From: Camelus ferus
Taxonomy: Eukaryota
DNA length: 64,000 bases
Direction: 5' to 3'
Assembly: GCF_009834535.1 (NCBI RefSeq)
Contig: NC_045696.1
Span: forward strand, 20,152,001-20,216,000
Under the pieces are notes generated by a model, which saw nothing but the letters and a program-made list of their open reading frames with translations, made no database searches and was not told where the DNA came from. Shown here one piece after another: positions 40,789 to 52,300 of the stretch. The position numbers and the translations under genes were made by a program. Every line of letters begins with the position of its first letter. Position 1 is the first letter of the stretch.

Positions 40789-43700
40789 TAGAGTATATTT
40801 TATGCCTGAAATATTGATATACCAGAGTCAAGTAAATTGCCAGCAAGGATAATGTAATTTTTACTGATTTTTTTTTTTTGGTGTTTCATTAGGTCACGTG
40901 CTAAAGGGATATAAAATATAAGCCTCTTGATTATAGTGTATTATTATTATTATTAAGGGATTTGTCAGAATATCTTGAATATTACCTTTGGGGCCAAAAT
41001 TATTATTTATAATATTTGGCCATTATTTTAAAAAATTACTTAGAATTAATTTGGATTTTTTTTGTCAATAAGATAAGTAAGATAAGTGGAAATGTAAGTC
41101 CCAAAATTTGTTAAGAACTGTTTCTAGGAAAATATTAACCTTTAGCTGTCCTTAAACAAATTGAAAATATTCTTTAGAATTTCATTCCAGTTAGATTAGA
41201 AACTACATAACTTTGAACCACAGCTTTTTATACTTACTAAAGACCATTACTAAAGGGATTATAAGAGATAAACTATTAATTGTACTTTGCAGAGTGAAAA
41301 AATAATATGCTCAAAGTAGTTAATGCTTTGCAGATGATCATGACAGGTAAAATAGACTTTATAGCCATGAGAAAGTTTCGTCCTTTGGAATGTGAACAAA
41401 ATATCAAACAGTAAAAGAGTATATTTAAAACTATAAAATACGAAATATTTGAATTAACACACCTTTTGTTATTATATGTAAACTAGCAATATAATATTAG
41501 AATATTGAAGGTGATCAACACACACAAAGTACATACATGTACAAAGTCTGAAATATTAGTCATTTCGTTGAGAAGCATCATGTAGAACGAGTATCTTGGA
41601 AATGGATAATGTTTTTATTTTTCATCTGACTATTTGGTTCTTATATATAACCTACTTTGGGAACATTTTTGCAAAAAAAAAGAATAAATTGAGAATGATT
41701 TCATGATCTAATAAGCATGTATTTTGTCATGATTAGTATTTTTAAAAATCTTGGAAATATAAAATATTTCAGTTAATATTTTAGAAGTGGAAAAACAAAA
41801 ACATATTTGAAGAGATGCAAAAATGGGGATGTGTTCTAGAACTCGTATATACTCTGAATTCTCCATGCACTTTGAAACAAGATTATTTGTTTGCTTTTAA
41901 CATTCTACAAAATTCAATTTTCAAATAATGTATTTCATTTCTAACTGATTCAGGAGAATGAATAGATTATCTTCTGTTCAGAAATGATATTTTTAAGTTT
42001 AAAAAATAAGTATGCATTTATGACAGCTGGCAGAATTATAAACACTTATGTATAACAATGAAATCCAATGCATGAGAGACATGGAGCCCAATTCCAATTA
42101 AGTAAATTCTATAAAATGAAATTAATTGTGTTTACCATCAAAACACCATCTGTTTCTAATAGCTGAAAACTGTTAAGGAAACAGAAGAGCTGTATTATGC
42201 TGAAAAATGTTTCTGACTTTTATTTCACAGTAGGAAAATCGAACCAGAATCTCTTAGCTGATGTATACAGCATTATAGAATTTTTCTAATCGACTACCAA
42301 TTGTGAGATATGTAACTATTTTGTCAAGTTAGTTAACTATAGATTATGTCTATGTGTGTACTCATGCATTTATTTGCCAATATTATTTTTCATGTCTATG
42401 ATTCAAATGCATTTTGTTCTACTAGTGAGAAAGACAATTTAACAAATTCTTACTGTTTTCCATATATTCTCTAATTTTTCACTCTCACATGGTAAGCATG
42501 TAATTTTTTAGGATAAATAAATTGGCCAAGGGAACAACAATCTTGAATCACTTAAGAAAAAACTACAAGAATGCTTACATAACAGCTAAAAATTGAATTC
42601 TGTAATTTTGACTGTTATTAATTGGTAATTTGAAGAACACACATACTTTAAAGTTTAGGTTATACTTATCCAGTTTGAACTCTATAAAATGAGACAATAA
42701 AGACTTTGAGGATGAATACTATTACTAAAACATTTATTTATTTTTCCTTTTGTCCCAATAGGTCTAGAGTTTAAAGTCTCTAATTCTATTAATATTTTCT
42801 CAGTTGGAAAGTCATATAATCTGTTTTGCAGTATCATGCATGCAGTTCTTGTGCTACTCATATTGTTTTGCCAAAATAGTTTAACAAATCTCTGGAGTAT
42901 TATCTTGAAAAAAATTCTGAGTAAAAATATTCTTAAATTGAATTGGGAATATGTTGTACTGCCTTTGTTCTACTCTACCCAGAGGAATTTAAACTAGGAA
43001 ATTGTATAACTCTAAAAAGCAGGAAATCTCACAACAATTTCTGAAAGAGCTTGCTTTTTTGTAATCTGTTAAAATACTGCTCCTACAAAAATTTTGCTTT
43101 CTTGTATTTCTAAAATGAGAATGACTGTGAAATGTACAAAGAGTGTGTTAAATTAGTTGATCTTAAAAAAGTTCTTTTTGAACTAATGTTATTTTAGCTG
43201 AGTTGACACGTAATGGCAGACAACAACCCCCAACATCACTATATGATTTATTTCTCTCATTTTCTCATGATTGTTTGGTTTTTGTTTGCTTTTATTTTTC
43301 TATAGCTTCTCAAATTTTGTCATCATTATTGTGACATTCTGGGACTCTGGCATCTTATTAAGATAAAAAGGATGTGAAATAACAATATTTTTGGAAGTTT
43401 AGTGGAATCATCTACTTCTGATAATAGTTCCAAAAACATATAGAACACTGGGTATAAAGGTACAGTAAAAATGAATTAGATTTCACTGACCGTTTCAAAA
43501 GAGATAAGCCTACCTGATTGTGGGGTGTGGAAGGAGGATAGGAAATCCATAATTGTGGAGTCATGCGGATAATTTGAGAACGCAAAACCCACAGTAGAAG
43601 CAGGGAATAGAAAAAGGCCAAGCAGTCAACCTGTGGAAGTATTTCTGTATAATTTGCATGGATTAAACTGCAACAGCTGTGTAATCAATTGATTATACTT

Positions 43701-43789
43701 CAACGCTCTGAGTTCTAAGCCATTTAGACACAACCAAGTCTGTAATATATTAAAATTGGCCACATTTTGGATATAATATCTGAAGCAAA

Positions 43790-44445
43790 ATAAAAATAAA
43801 CAAGTGAGACAATATAAAAAAAATAAAAGCTCTGCACAGTGAAAGAAAGATTCAACAAAATGAAAAGACAACATATGGAATGGGAAAAAAGTATCTGCAA
43901 ATCTTTTACCTGATAAGAGGTAAATATCTGAAATTTTTTAAGAACTCATACAACTCCATAGGGAAAAAACAAACAATTCACTTAAATAATGGACATTTTT
44001 CCCAAAGAAGATATATCAAAGACCAGCAAGTACATAAAAAGGTGCTCAGTATCACTAATAATCAGGGAAACGCAAATCAATACCGCAATGAGGTATCACC
44101 TCACAACTGTTATCGTTTTCCATATATCCTCTAATTTTTCACTCTCACATGGCTATCATAAAAAAGGCAAGAGACAGCGAATGCTGTCAAGGATGTGGAG
44201 AACAGGGAACCCTTGTGCCCTGTTGGTGGGAATGTAAATTGATACATTCACTATAGAGAACAGTATGGAGGTTTCTCAAAAAAATTAAAAAGTAGAACTA
44301 CCGTATGATCCAACAATTCCACTTCTAGCAATATATCCAAAGGAAATGAAAACACTGTGTTGAAGAAATATCTGCACCCCCAGTTAATGAGTACTGGGGA
44401 TATGACGTACAACACAACAACATACTGACTATAGTTAACACTCCT
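43790..44445 (+). mobile_element. L1 ORF2-end fragment with an internal deletion and a 38-bp foreign insertion
   Basis: ORF 43989-44237 resembles the L1 ORF2 C-terminus ([32 protein letters not shown] in the shifted frame). Confidence 0.88.
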
Positions 44446-44449
44446 TGCT

Positions 44450-45088
44450 GCGTGGCTGAAGAGAAAAGAAAGATGGTCCACAAAGGCTTGCTGCTTCTCC
44501 CATTAAGAGGTGGAGTCTAAATCTACTCCTCTTTAATCTGGGCTTGCCTTAGTAGTTTACTTCATCAATTAAATGTGTGGAAAAGTGCATTCTGGGATTT
44601 CCAAAGCCATTTCACAATAAGTCTTATCCTTTCTGTAGAGGTTTTTTGGGATGCTGTCACTCAGGGAAGCCAGCCACTCTGCAAAAAGTTCAACAACCTG
44701 GAAACCGTCATATTGGAGGGAGGGAAGAGAGAAGAGAGGGGGTTGATGAGAGAGGTGCCACTCAGATAGCCTCAGCTAGTCCAACCAGTCTGACCCACAG
44801 CCCAGGTGTCCAGCCAGTCCAGCCCACAGCCTGGACACTGTGAATGAATGAGACACTTTGGATCAGCCAATAGCCAAAACTAAGACCTTAGACATGTGGC
44901 CCCACTTTATCCATCACAGCCATCCCCAACTCTTTGAACATCTAAACTCAGTCATTGTGGAGCAGAGAGGAGTTCCCTATTGTAAACTGTGCAAATACTG
45001 ATCCAGAAAATTGTGAGTATATAAAAATGATTGTTATTTTTTGCAACATTTTTTGGTGTTTTCTTATGCAGCATCGACATCCAAAACA
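44450..45088 (+). mobile_element. MaLR LTR (MLT1F/G-like)
   Basis: 'tctcccattaagaggtggagtcta...tctgggcttgcctt...gtggagcagaga...gatccagaaaattgtgagtatataaaaatgattgtt...ttatgcagca..aaaaca'. Confidence 0.75.
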
Positions 45089-46121
45089 AAATCTAACAGT
45101 GAGTAACTGTAAGATATGCAAAAATGTTTTTGTATTCCACATTTGACAGTGGTGAAATTGATATTAACACTGATTGTCTTTAGCCAAAAGTGGAATGTGT
45201 TAATTTGTGAGTGCTGTGTGTGTGTCCTGTATGTGTGTTGGGTGAAGGGATATTAAACTGGATTACGCAAGGAACCAGGACTTCTATTTGTATGCTCCAT
45301 GTAGAAATGTCATCGTTCTGTCCCCAGTTACTCTACTACTTCTCTAATTTAAAACCGTCAACATTACCATAATACAGCAGAGAACTACAAGAACAGATTT
45401 TTAAAAAGGCAGCTAGCAAGAACAGACAGGGCTCAAAATAGAGTAATCCATAGAGTAATGTGAGAAGCAGGCAGCATGTCACAGCTTGTGCAGAACATCT
45501 CTGCCTCACACGTATTTAGCATTTGTGATTTTAACTGTACTTTGTATAACCTGTCAGGATGAGGAACTGAAGGGAAGTATATATGTGTATTTCCAGACTC
45601 TTTGGGGAAGATTATTTTTCACTTTGATGACCAGGCTATATATACGTGGACATTTTTGAATATTTTTGTTGGTCCTTTTTCCCTTGCTGTGCTCTGTAAA
45701 CATATCCTTGGAGAAAGTCTGAAAACCTCCTCAGCAAAGAAAAAGAAGAGGATATGAAGAGATACGGGGATTTGGAAAAGTAACACTAGAAGAAGAGGAG
45801 GGCAAATTAAAGAGATCTGGCTTAGAATGATTGTTCCTTCCTCTGCCTTCAGAGCCAGATTTGGAGGCAGAAGGGTCTGGGTTGTACAGACATCTGGAAT
45901 TATTTTCTATTTGTGGCAATATCACCAAAAGGGGAGAATTTGGAAAAATTTTAGGTCTTTTTCGCAGTGAATAAGAAGGTGATCCTGAAATGTAGTGGGA
46001 TGTTCAACATTCTGCGAGGCATGAATAAATCTGGAAAATTTCATCTGCCCCAAACACCAGTAGATGGTGCTCCCCGACCCAGTAGTCTGGTTTCATAGGA
46101 AGTCTGGGCAAAAACTCATGA

Positions 46122-47313
46122 TGGAACTGAACAGAACCCTGCACTCTGCCCCTCATTCCCAAGCACAAAGGCCCTCTATGTCCCCTACCTGGAGTTTGTA
46201 GAAAAGCTGAAATCTCCCTGGCTTCCCTGAGTCACAAAAGAGCAGGTTCAAGCAGTTAATGATGAGGACAGTGGAGTCACAGACTCACTGTCTGATGCAC
46301 ATTCCTGAGTTGTTTTACAGCTACAGTAACTGCCACCAGAGGGGAAAGAGCTAACTGCACAGTGACCAGACTACAGCCAAGACATGAGCTGCTCCATCTT
46401 GAGCATTGCTGAATATACTGCTAGCACGATTCCAAGAGCTGGCCTCCAGAAAACGGGGTTAACATTATTGCTCATAATAATCCATACCTTTGTGGGCATC
46501 AAAATAATTACAGCTTGTTCTGCTTGTATATGTAAGAGGGCAACTAAAACTGTCAGCAAAGAGATGCTTCAAACCCTAAGACCTTGATGCCCTTTCTGAG
46601 CATGAAGCAGTTACGAAAGATGAAACTTCATCCCTAACCCCATAGAATTGGAGTGAAATCTGATGGAGGTGGGGATTAGCAAGCAGCTCTTTGCAGGAAC
46701 TCGCCCTCAGCAGGAAATCCCTTTTGCCTTGTCCCTTTAGCAAAGCTACCTGTAACTTTTAAATCAGGTGCCCCCATGCTCTACTCATCTCTGGCCCTAA
46801 CACACCTTTCAAATCTTTTGATCACACAATACTTTGCCTAATCTGTTGGTTCTTCCCATAGATCAAAGAAGTAGAAATAAAAAATATAAGTAATTTATAA
46901 ATAAAATAAATAAGTAATTAACAGGTTACCAGATCTCTTCCTTAGCTTCCCCTTGAGTAATCTGGTGAACAGGCTGTGTGAACAAGATAGCATCTACGGA
47001 AAGATCCCAAGAAATTGACAAACCTGCACATAGTGGGGGATGGCAACGAATCTGACCCCCTATCTCAATGATTAACTGAGATTACTTTCCTTCCCTTTAA
47101 AAAGTTTCACGGCTGAGCAGAATCTGGGGAGCTGGTTTTGGGGAGACATGAGTCCCCCTTCTCCCCAGATTCTGGCATTATGATTAAAAGCAACTTTCTT
47201 TTCCACCAACAATTGCCTCTTGTTATTGATCTTCTTTCTTTCTTTCTTTTTTTTAATTGAAGTATAGTCAGTTACAATGTGTCCATTTCTGGTGTACAGC
47301 ATAATGTTCCAGT

Positions 47314-47376
<63 letters not shown>

Positions 47377-47636
47377 TCATTTTCATTAAAGGTTATTACA
47401 ACATATTGAATATAGTTCCCTGTGCTATACAGAAGAAATTTGGTTTTTTAATCTATTTTTATATATAGTGGTTAACATTTGTAAATCTCAAACTCCCAAA
47501 TTTATTCTTTCCCATCCCTTTTCCCCAACTAACCATAAGATTGTTTACTATGTCTGCGAGTCTGTTTCTGTTTTGTAGATGAGTTCATTAGTGTCTTCTT
47601 TTTTCTTTTTGAGTGCTGAGCAGCCATTGGGTAACA
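46122..47636 (+). mobile_element. Long ERV1-type solo LTR, interrupted near its 3' end by an L1
   Basis: Begins TGGAACTGAACAGAACCCTG and ends GAGCAGCCATTGGGTAACA; 4-bp TSD ATGA at 46118-46121 and 47637-47640; ATTAAA at ~47183. Confidence 0.85.
47231..47606 (-). mobile_element. Young L1 3' end containing (TG)n(TA)n, inserted in the LTR
   Basis: 'ttttaattgaagtatagtcagttacaatgtgt...atagttccctgtgctatacag...gagtctgtttctgttttgtagatgagttcatt'; microsatellite at 47316-47375. Confidence 0.88.
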
Positions 47637-47802
47637 ATGACTCAAAGCGAGAGCTGTATTTGATTCTACCAGTGGTGGGTCTAGGTTCAAAACCCTGATT
47701 CCACTCCTTAGTTTCTGTTTGACTTAGGCACAACCCTCAACCATTTATTCTCTATCTTCCTTTTCTTAAAATACAGCTCAATTGTAATTGCGTCAAAGAA
47801 TC

Positions 47803-47918
47803 TTTTTTGATTGAAATATAGTTGACTTACAAAGTTGTGTTAGTTTCTGATGGATAGCATTTGAAGCAACGTGGATGGATCTAGAGATAATCATATTAAG
47901 TGAAGTAACTCAGACAAA
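47803..47918. mobile_element. 5'-inverted (twin-primed) mini L1
   Basis: Minus-strand 3' end (47803-47859) abuts a plus-strand L1 segment (47860-47918); imperfect TSD caaag(a/g)at(c)tttttt. Confidence 0.7.
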
Positions 47919-48901
47919 GGATTTTTTGAGTGTTCACTGGTTTACTGTATAGAAAGCCTTTGAACATCTCTAGTCACATAAACACTTTCTGAACGTTGGA
48001 TATTTAGTAGTAGTAATATTTATTGGCAGTACTAAGGATATTATATGCTTAGGGCCTTTTTTTTAATATGTGGAAGTATGTAAAGATCTTAGGGCTTTAT
48101 CCCCACAAATTCCAATTATCTTATATCTGAGAAATAAACATTAATTAGCAATACTTAGACTTGGGTATAAACTGTGAAAGTCTTTGGTTTAGGCATTCTT
48201 AATCAGCTGATTGCCCTCTTAATGTTCTGCACTCAACTTCTTTATCTGTGTTAATCAGATACATGGGAAGAATTTAGCCTGACTAAGCCAACATTCCAGT
48301 ATCTGCAGAAGACAGAACAAATAAATAGCCCTCATCTTATTTTGATTGTTGTCTTTGCCAAAACTTACTTTTATCTCTGCACATGCTTGTGTATGTTTGT
48401 CTAAACAGATTTAAAATAAAAATTGTAACAATGGGGCTATGCAAGTAACATGAATGAATGAAGGTACTTATTGACCAAAGTTGCATGTTTGTGTATATAT
48501 AATGTATGCATGAGTGTACATATATATGTGTGTATGTACATACATGTGTGTATATGAATATTTATACAGACCTACTTTTTTGCCTTTTAATGAAAATTTT
48601 ATCTTATCTTACACATGTCCTTTACAACTCAACAAATCAAGACATAATTTCCTTTTTCCTAAATCTATCGTGGTACAAACGATGGTTCAAGAGCCATGAG
48701 AAGTAACTAGCACTTAGGAAGAGTAGTAAGCAGTAAGAATTGTGTTAAAAAGTAGAACACAAGCCCATTTAAAACAGTAGGTCCTGCTTTTGTCCAAATA
48801 ATTACCTCTATAAAAGTTGAGTATATTGGAGATTATGTTCACAGACCTTCAGAATTTGTCTAGAAAAGCTGAAAATCAGAATTTAATGTTAAGTATCACA
48901 A

Positions 48902-48998
48902 TCACTAGACATTGAAAACTAAAAACATATTTATTACATATATATATATATACACACACACACATATATGTATAAGTTTTTAGTTTACAATGTTTAGT

Positions 48999-49040
<42 letters not shown>
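48902..49040. repeat. 29-bp inverted repeat flanking a (TA)/(CA) microsatellite, followed by (TA)n(TATG)n
   Basis: 48902-48930 is the reverse complement of 48972-49000 at 26/29. Confidence 0.85.
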
Positions 49041-49041
<1 letters not shown>

Positions 49042-50993
49042 GCCACAAACACCCACATTTATGCCAATGTTCTTTGGAATAAGACAAAATCCATTTTAGA
49101 CTAAATCATTCTTGAGGACTTGAAATTGGTCACCTTTATAAAATACAATGAAGGGATGGGAAATAAATGCATTGAAAGCAGACCCTTTTATAATCTTTCT
49201 AGTGAAGATTGATACTTCTATAAAAGATCCAAATAAATTTTTGAAATGATTGTTTAGATGATATGTTTTTGTACATTTTTTCCCTTAACTTGGGGAGATT
49301 GAATAAATGGCAAAATTTCCATAGGAAAATCTTTAGCTTTGTCCTGCAGCCAGATGATTCACTCTGTGTCTATAACCCCCATTATATGATTTTAAGCAGC
49401 TGCTGCTCCCATGTCACAGTAATGCTGTTGAATCTGAATTCCTCTCATTGTATTATGTTGTTCTGCTTTTACCCCTGCTCAGAACATCTCAGTTGATGAC
49501 CCAATATCTCTTGTCTTGAGAAACTATGTGCAAATCTGTCCAACTTCTATTCTACTTACAAATGTATGATTACTATTATCTGTCTTTATTTCCTTAGCTA
49601 TCATAAAGCCAAATATTATTTGAACTTGTGGTAAGTTAACTTTCTAAACATGGCCTTCATTCTAAACAACCCCACATTATTGATTCATTTAACCATCCGT
49701 ATCATTTCAAGATTTGTATATATATTCAATCAATTGTTCTCCAATAGGTTTTTACCTATATCTACATATGAAATCACACAGAGGTCTTAAATTCTAAAAA
49801 TGTTATGTGTTTCAACCACAGCCCCTCCTTGAGCTACAATACTATGTCTATTCTATCCATTAAAAAAAAAACTTTAAAATACTATTTGAAAAGGTAGTCT
49901 ATAATTTGTAGATCTATTTTCATGCTTTTATTTTTCTTTAAATGCACTGTAGTATTTCACTGTCCTGATAATTCCAAGATAGCTATATAATAGAAAATAA
50001 TCACATCTTTTGGGGGGTTTACAATTTAACTTAAAATTTTTTTCTGATATCTTTTATGATAATAGTCTATCTTCTTCCTCCATCTTTTCAATTTGAAACA
50101 TTTTCTATAGTCTCTTTAGGCAATTTTTGACCCATATTTTTTGTAAAACTGTATGGCTACGTCACCAAATACTTCACAATTTTCTAGATTTCTTACAGTT
50201 ATTGATTTTTGATTTAATTCTATTCACTAAGAATACAAACTTCGAATAACATCAATCTTTTGAAATGTATTGCAACTTAATGTATATCTCAGCATGTTAC
50301 CTGTGTGGGTGAATATTCAATGTTTATCGAAAGAAAAGTGATTATGCATTTGGGTATTCTGTCAATGTCAATTAGGTCAATGAACTCCTCTCTTCTTATT
50401 AGTTATGTATCTACTTGTCTATCAATTACTAAAAATCTCTCTTTATGGCTATGGATTTGTCATTTTTTTTCACACATCTTTGAATCTTGGCCATCACATG
50501 CATGCCTATTTAGATTTTTTACGTCTTATTGATGAATTGACACTTTTAGGAAATGCTCTTACTTTATCAATAGTGAGTTTTTGACAAATAGTTTTTCTTA
50601 TTACATATAGCTATACCAGATTACTTATGTTTGATGTGTACTTTTCTGATATTTATTTTGCCATCTCTTCGTGTCTTTATATTTAATGTTTGTGTTTCTG
50701 TGTTTTGTTTTTTTTTCACCCTTGGAGCATTGCTTTCTTCTCTAGTGTAAAAGTGCTTGCCATTTTTTAATTGCAGTAGTTAATTTATTTGCATGATCAG
50801 ATTATTAATACTATGTGTTTATAAGTCTAACATCTTTATATTTGTTGGGGTTTGGTTGTAGCAGTCCTTCATTCCTTTTCCTCCTTATTCCTCCCCCATT
50901 TTTTGGAATAATTATCATTTATTATTCCCTTTTATCTGCTCTATTATCATTTAGACTGTATTTCTTCTTTTTATTTTATTGTAGTGACTGCTT

Positions 50994-51213
50994 TAGAGCT
51001 GGATGGTCTAAGAGTAGCCACTAGCCATATGCAGTCTTTTAAATCAAAATTTAAATTAATTAAAATTAAATAACATTGAAAATTCAGTTCTGCAGCTGCA
51101 TTAGGCACCTTTAGATGCATACTAACCACAAGTAACTAGTGGTTACAAGATTGGGCAGCACAGATTAATAGAATACTTCATCATCACAGAATGTTCATTG
51201 GACAGTGTTATTC
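50994..51213. mobile_element. MER3-like hAT-Charlie element
   Basis: 'gtagccactagccatatg...aaattaattaaaattaaataa..ttgaaaattcagttc...ctagtggttac..gattgggcagcacagat...catcatcacagaa.gttc.ttggacag'. Confidence 0.8.
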
Positions 51214-51342
51214 TTGAGTTTATAGTATGAATATTTAATTTATCATATTGAATCATCCATCAAATAATACTATTTCAACAACAATGTATGAACTTGCAGT
51301 GATGTAATTCCACTTATGCCTTTCTCTGCCCTATGTCATTTT

Positions 51343-51483
51343 TTAAAAATTTTAATTTGTATTTTTTGGTGGGGGGAGGGAGGTAATTAGGTTTATTTAT
51401 TTTTGGAGGAGGTACTGGGGATTGAATCCAGGACCTTATGCATGCTAGGCATGTGCTCTACAACTTGAGCTATACCCTCCTCC
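51343..51483 (-). mobile_element. tRNA-Ala-derived SINE (camelid Vic-1-like)
   Basis: A/B boxes on the minus strand; tail 'aataaataaacctaattacctccc'; 17-bp TSD with 2 mismatches at 51326-51342 and 51484-51500. Confidence 0.88.
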
Positions 51484-52059
51484 CTGCCCTTTGTAATTTT
51501 GCTTTCATATATTTTATTTCTCTGTATGATACAATCCCCAGAATATATTTGTATCATTTTTGCTAGAATCAATAATATTTTTAAGAATGTCTAATATATG
51601 CAAATAGACATACACACACACTCATAAAAGATGACTAAGAGGTAATTTATAGTTATCCTCAATTTTAACTTTCCAACTACTCTTTTTTCTTCCTGCAGAT
51701 CTGCATTTCTATTTGGTATAATTTCTCTTCATTCTGAAGAACTCTGTTGACCATTTCTAATGAACTATAGTTCACTTCTGCAGGAAACAAATTCTCTACA
51801 GCATTTCTCTCTTAAAATGCTTTTGTTTTGGCATCATTTTAAAGAATTGTTCCACTAGATAGATAATTTTGGGGTTGACAGTTTTTTTTTTTTTTTTTTT
51901 AGCTTTCAGAACTCTAAACATGTGATCATGCGATTCTATTATCTTCTAGTCTTTATTGATTCTAAAGAGAAATCAGTCTTGTAACAACGTTCCACTATAT
52001 CTAACTCTCCCTCCAGCCCCTGGCAGATTTTAAGCTTTTTCTTTGCTTTTCTGGGATAG

Positions 52060-52300
52060 TATTTAAGATGTGAGGCACTGAGGACTGATTGCCTAGGTTT
52101 GAGTACCAGGTGTGAAATTCCAAGAGTCTATAGTATCAGCAAATTACTAGGCCCTCAGTTGTTGAGTTTTTCTATCTATACATTAGGAGTAATAATAATA
52201 TGCCACAGAGTATTAATGACTAAATAAGGAAGCAGATATGAATGCTTTGAATGATATACAGTGCTTATTAAATGATCAGCAAATGATAATTATCATTGCT
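52060..52300 (+). mobile_element. MIR SINE
   Basis: 'gattgcctaggtttgag...gcaaattact...agtttttctatctata..taggagtaataata'. Confidence 0.6.

Larger units (their letters stand above)
50080..52050 (-). mobile_element. Old L1 (ORF2 start/inter-ORF), interrupted by MER3 and a SINE
   Basis: 'ttgatttttgatttaattctattcact...aatcttttgaaatgtattgcaactt' and 'ataattttggggttgacagtttttt...cttctagtctttattgattcta..gagaaatcag'. Confidence 0.65.

Noticed and set aside
43880..44481. ORFs with protein-like motifs (also 31122-31436 and 33424-33606)
   Set aside because: Frameshifted remnants of the L1 ORF2 C-terminus or their antisense frames, not host genes
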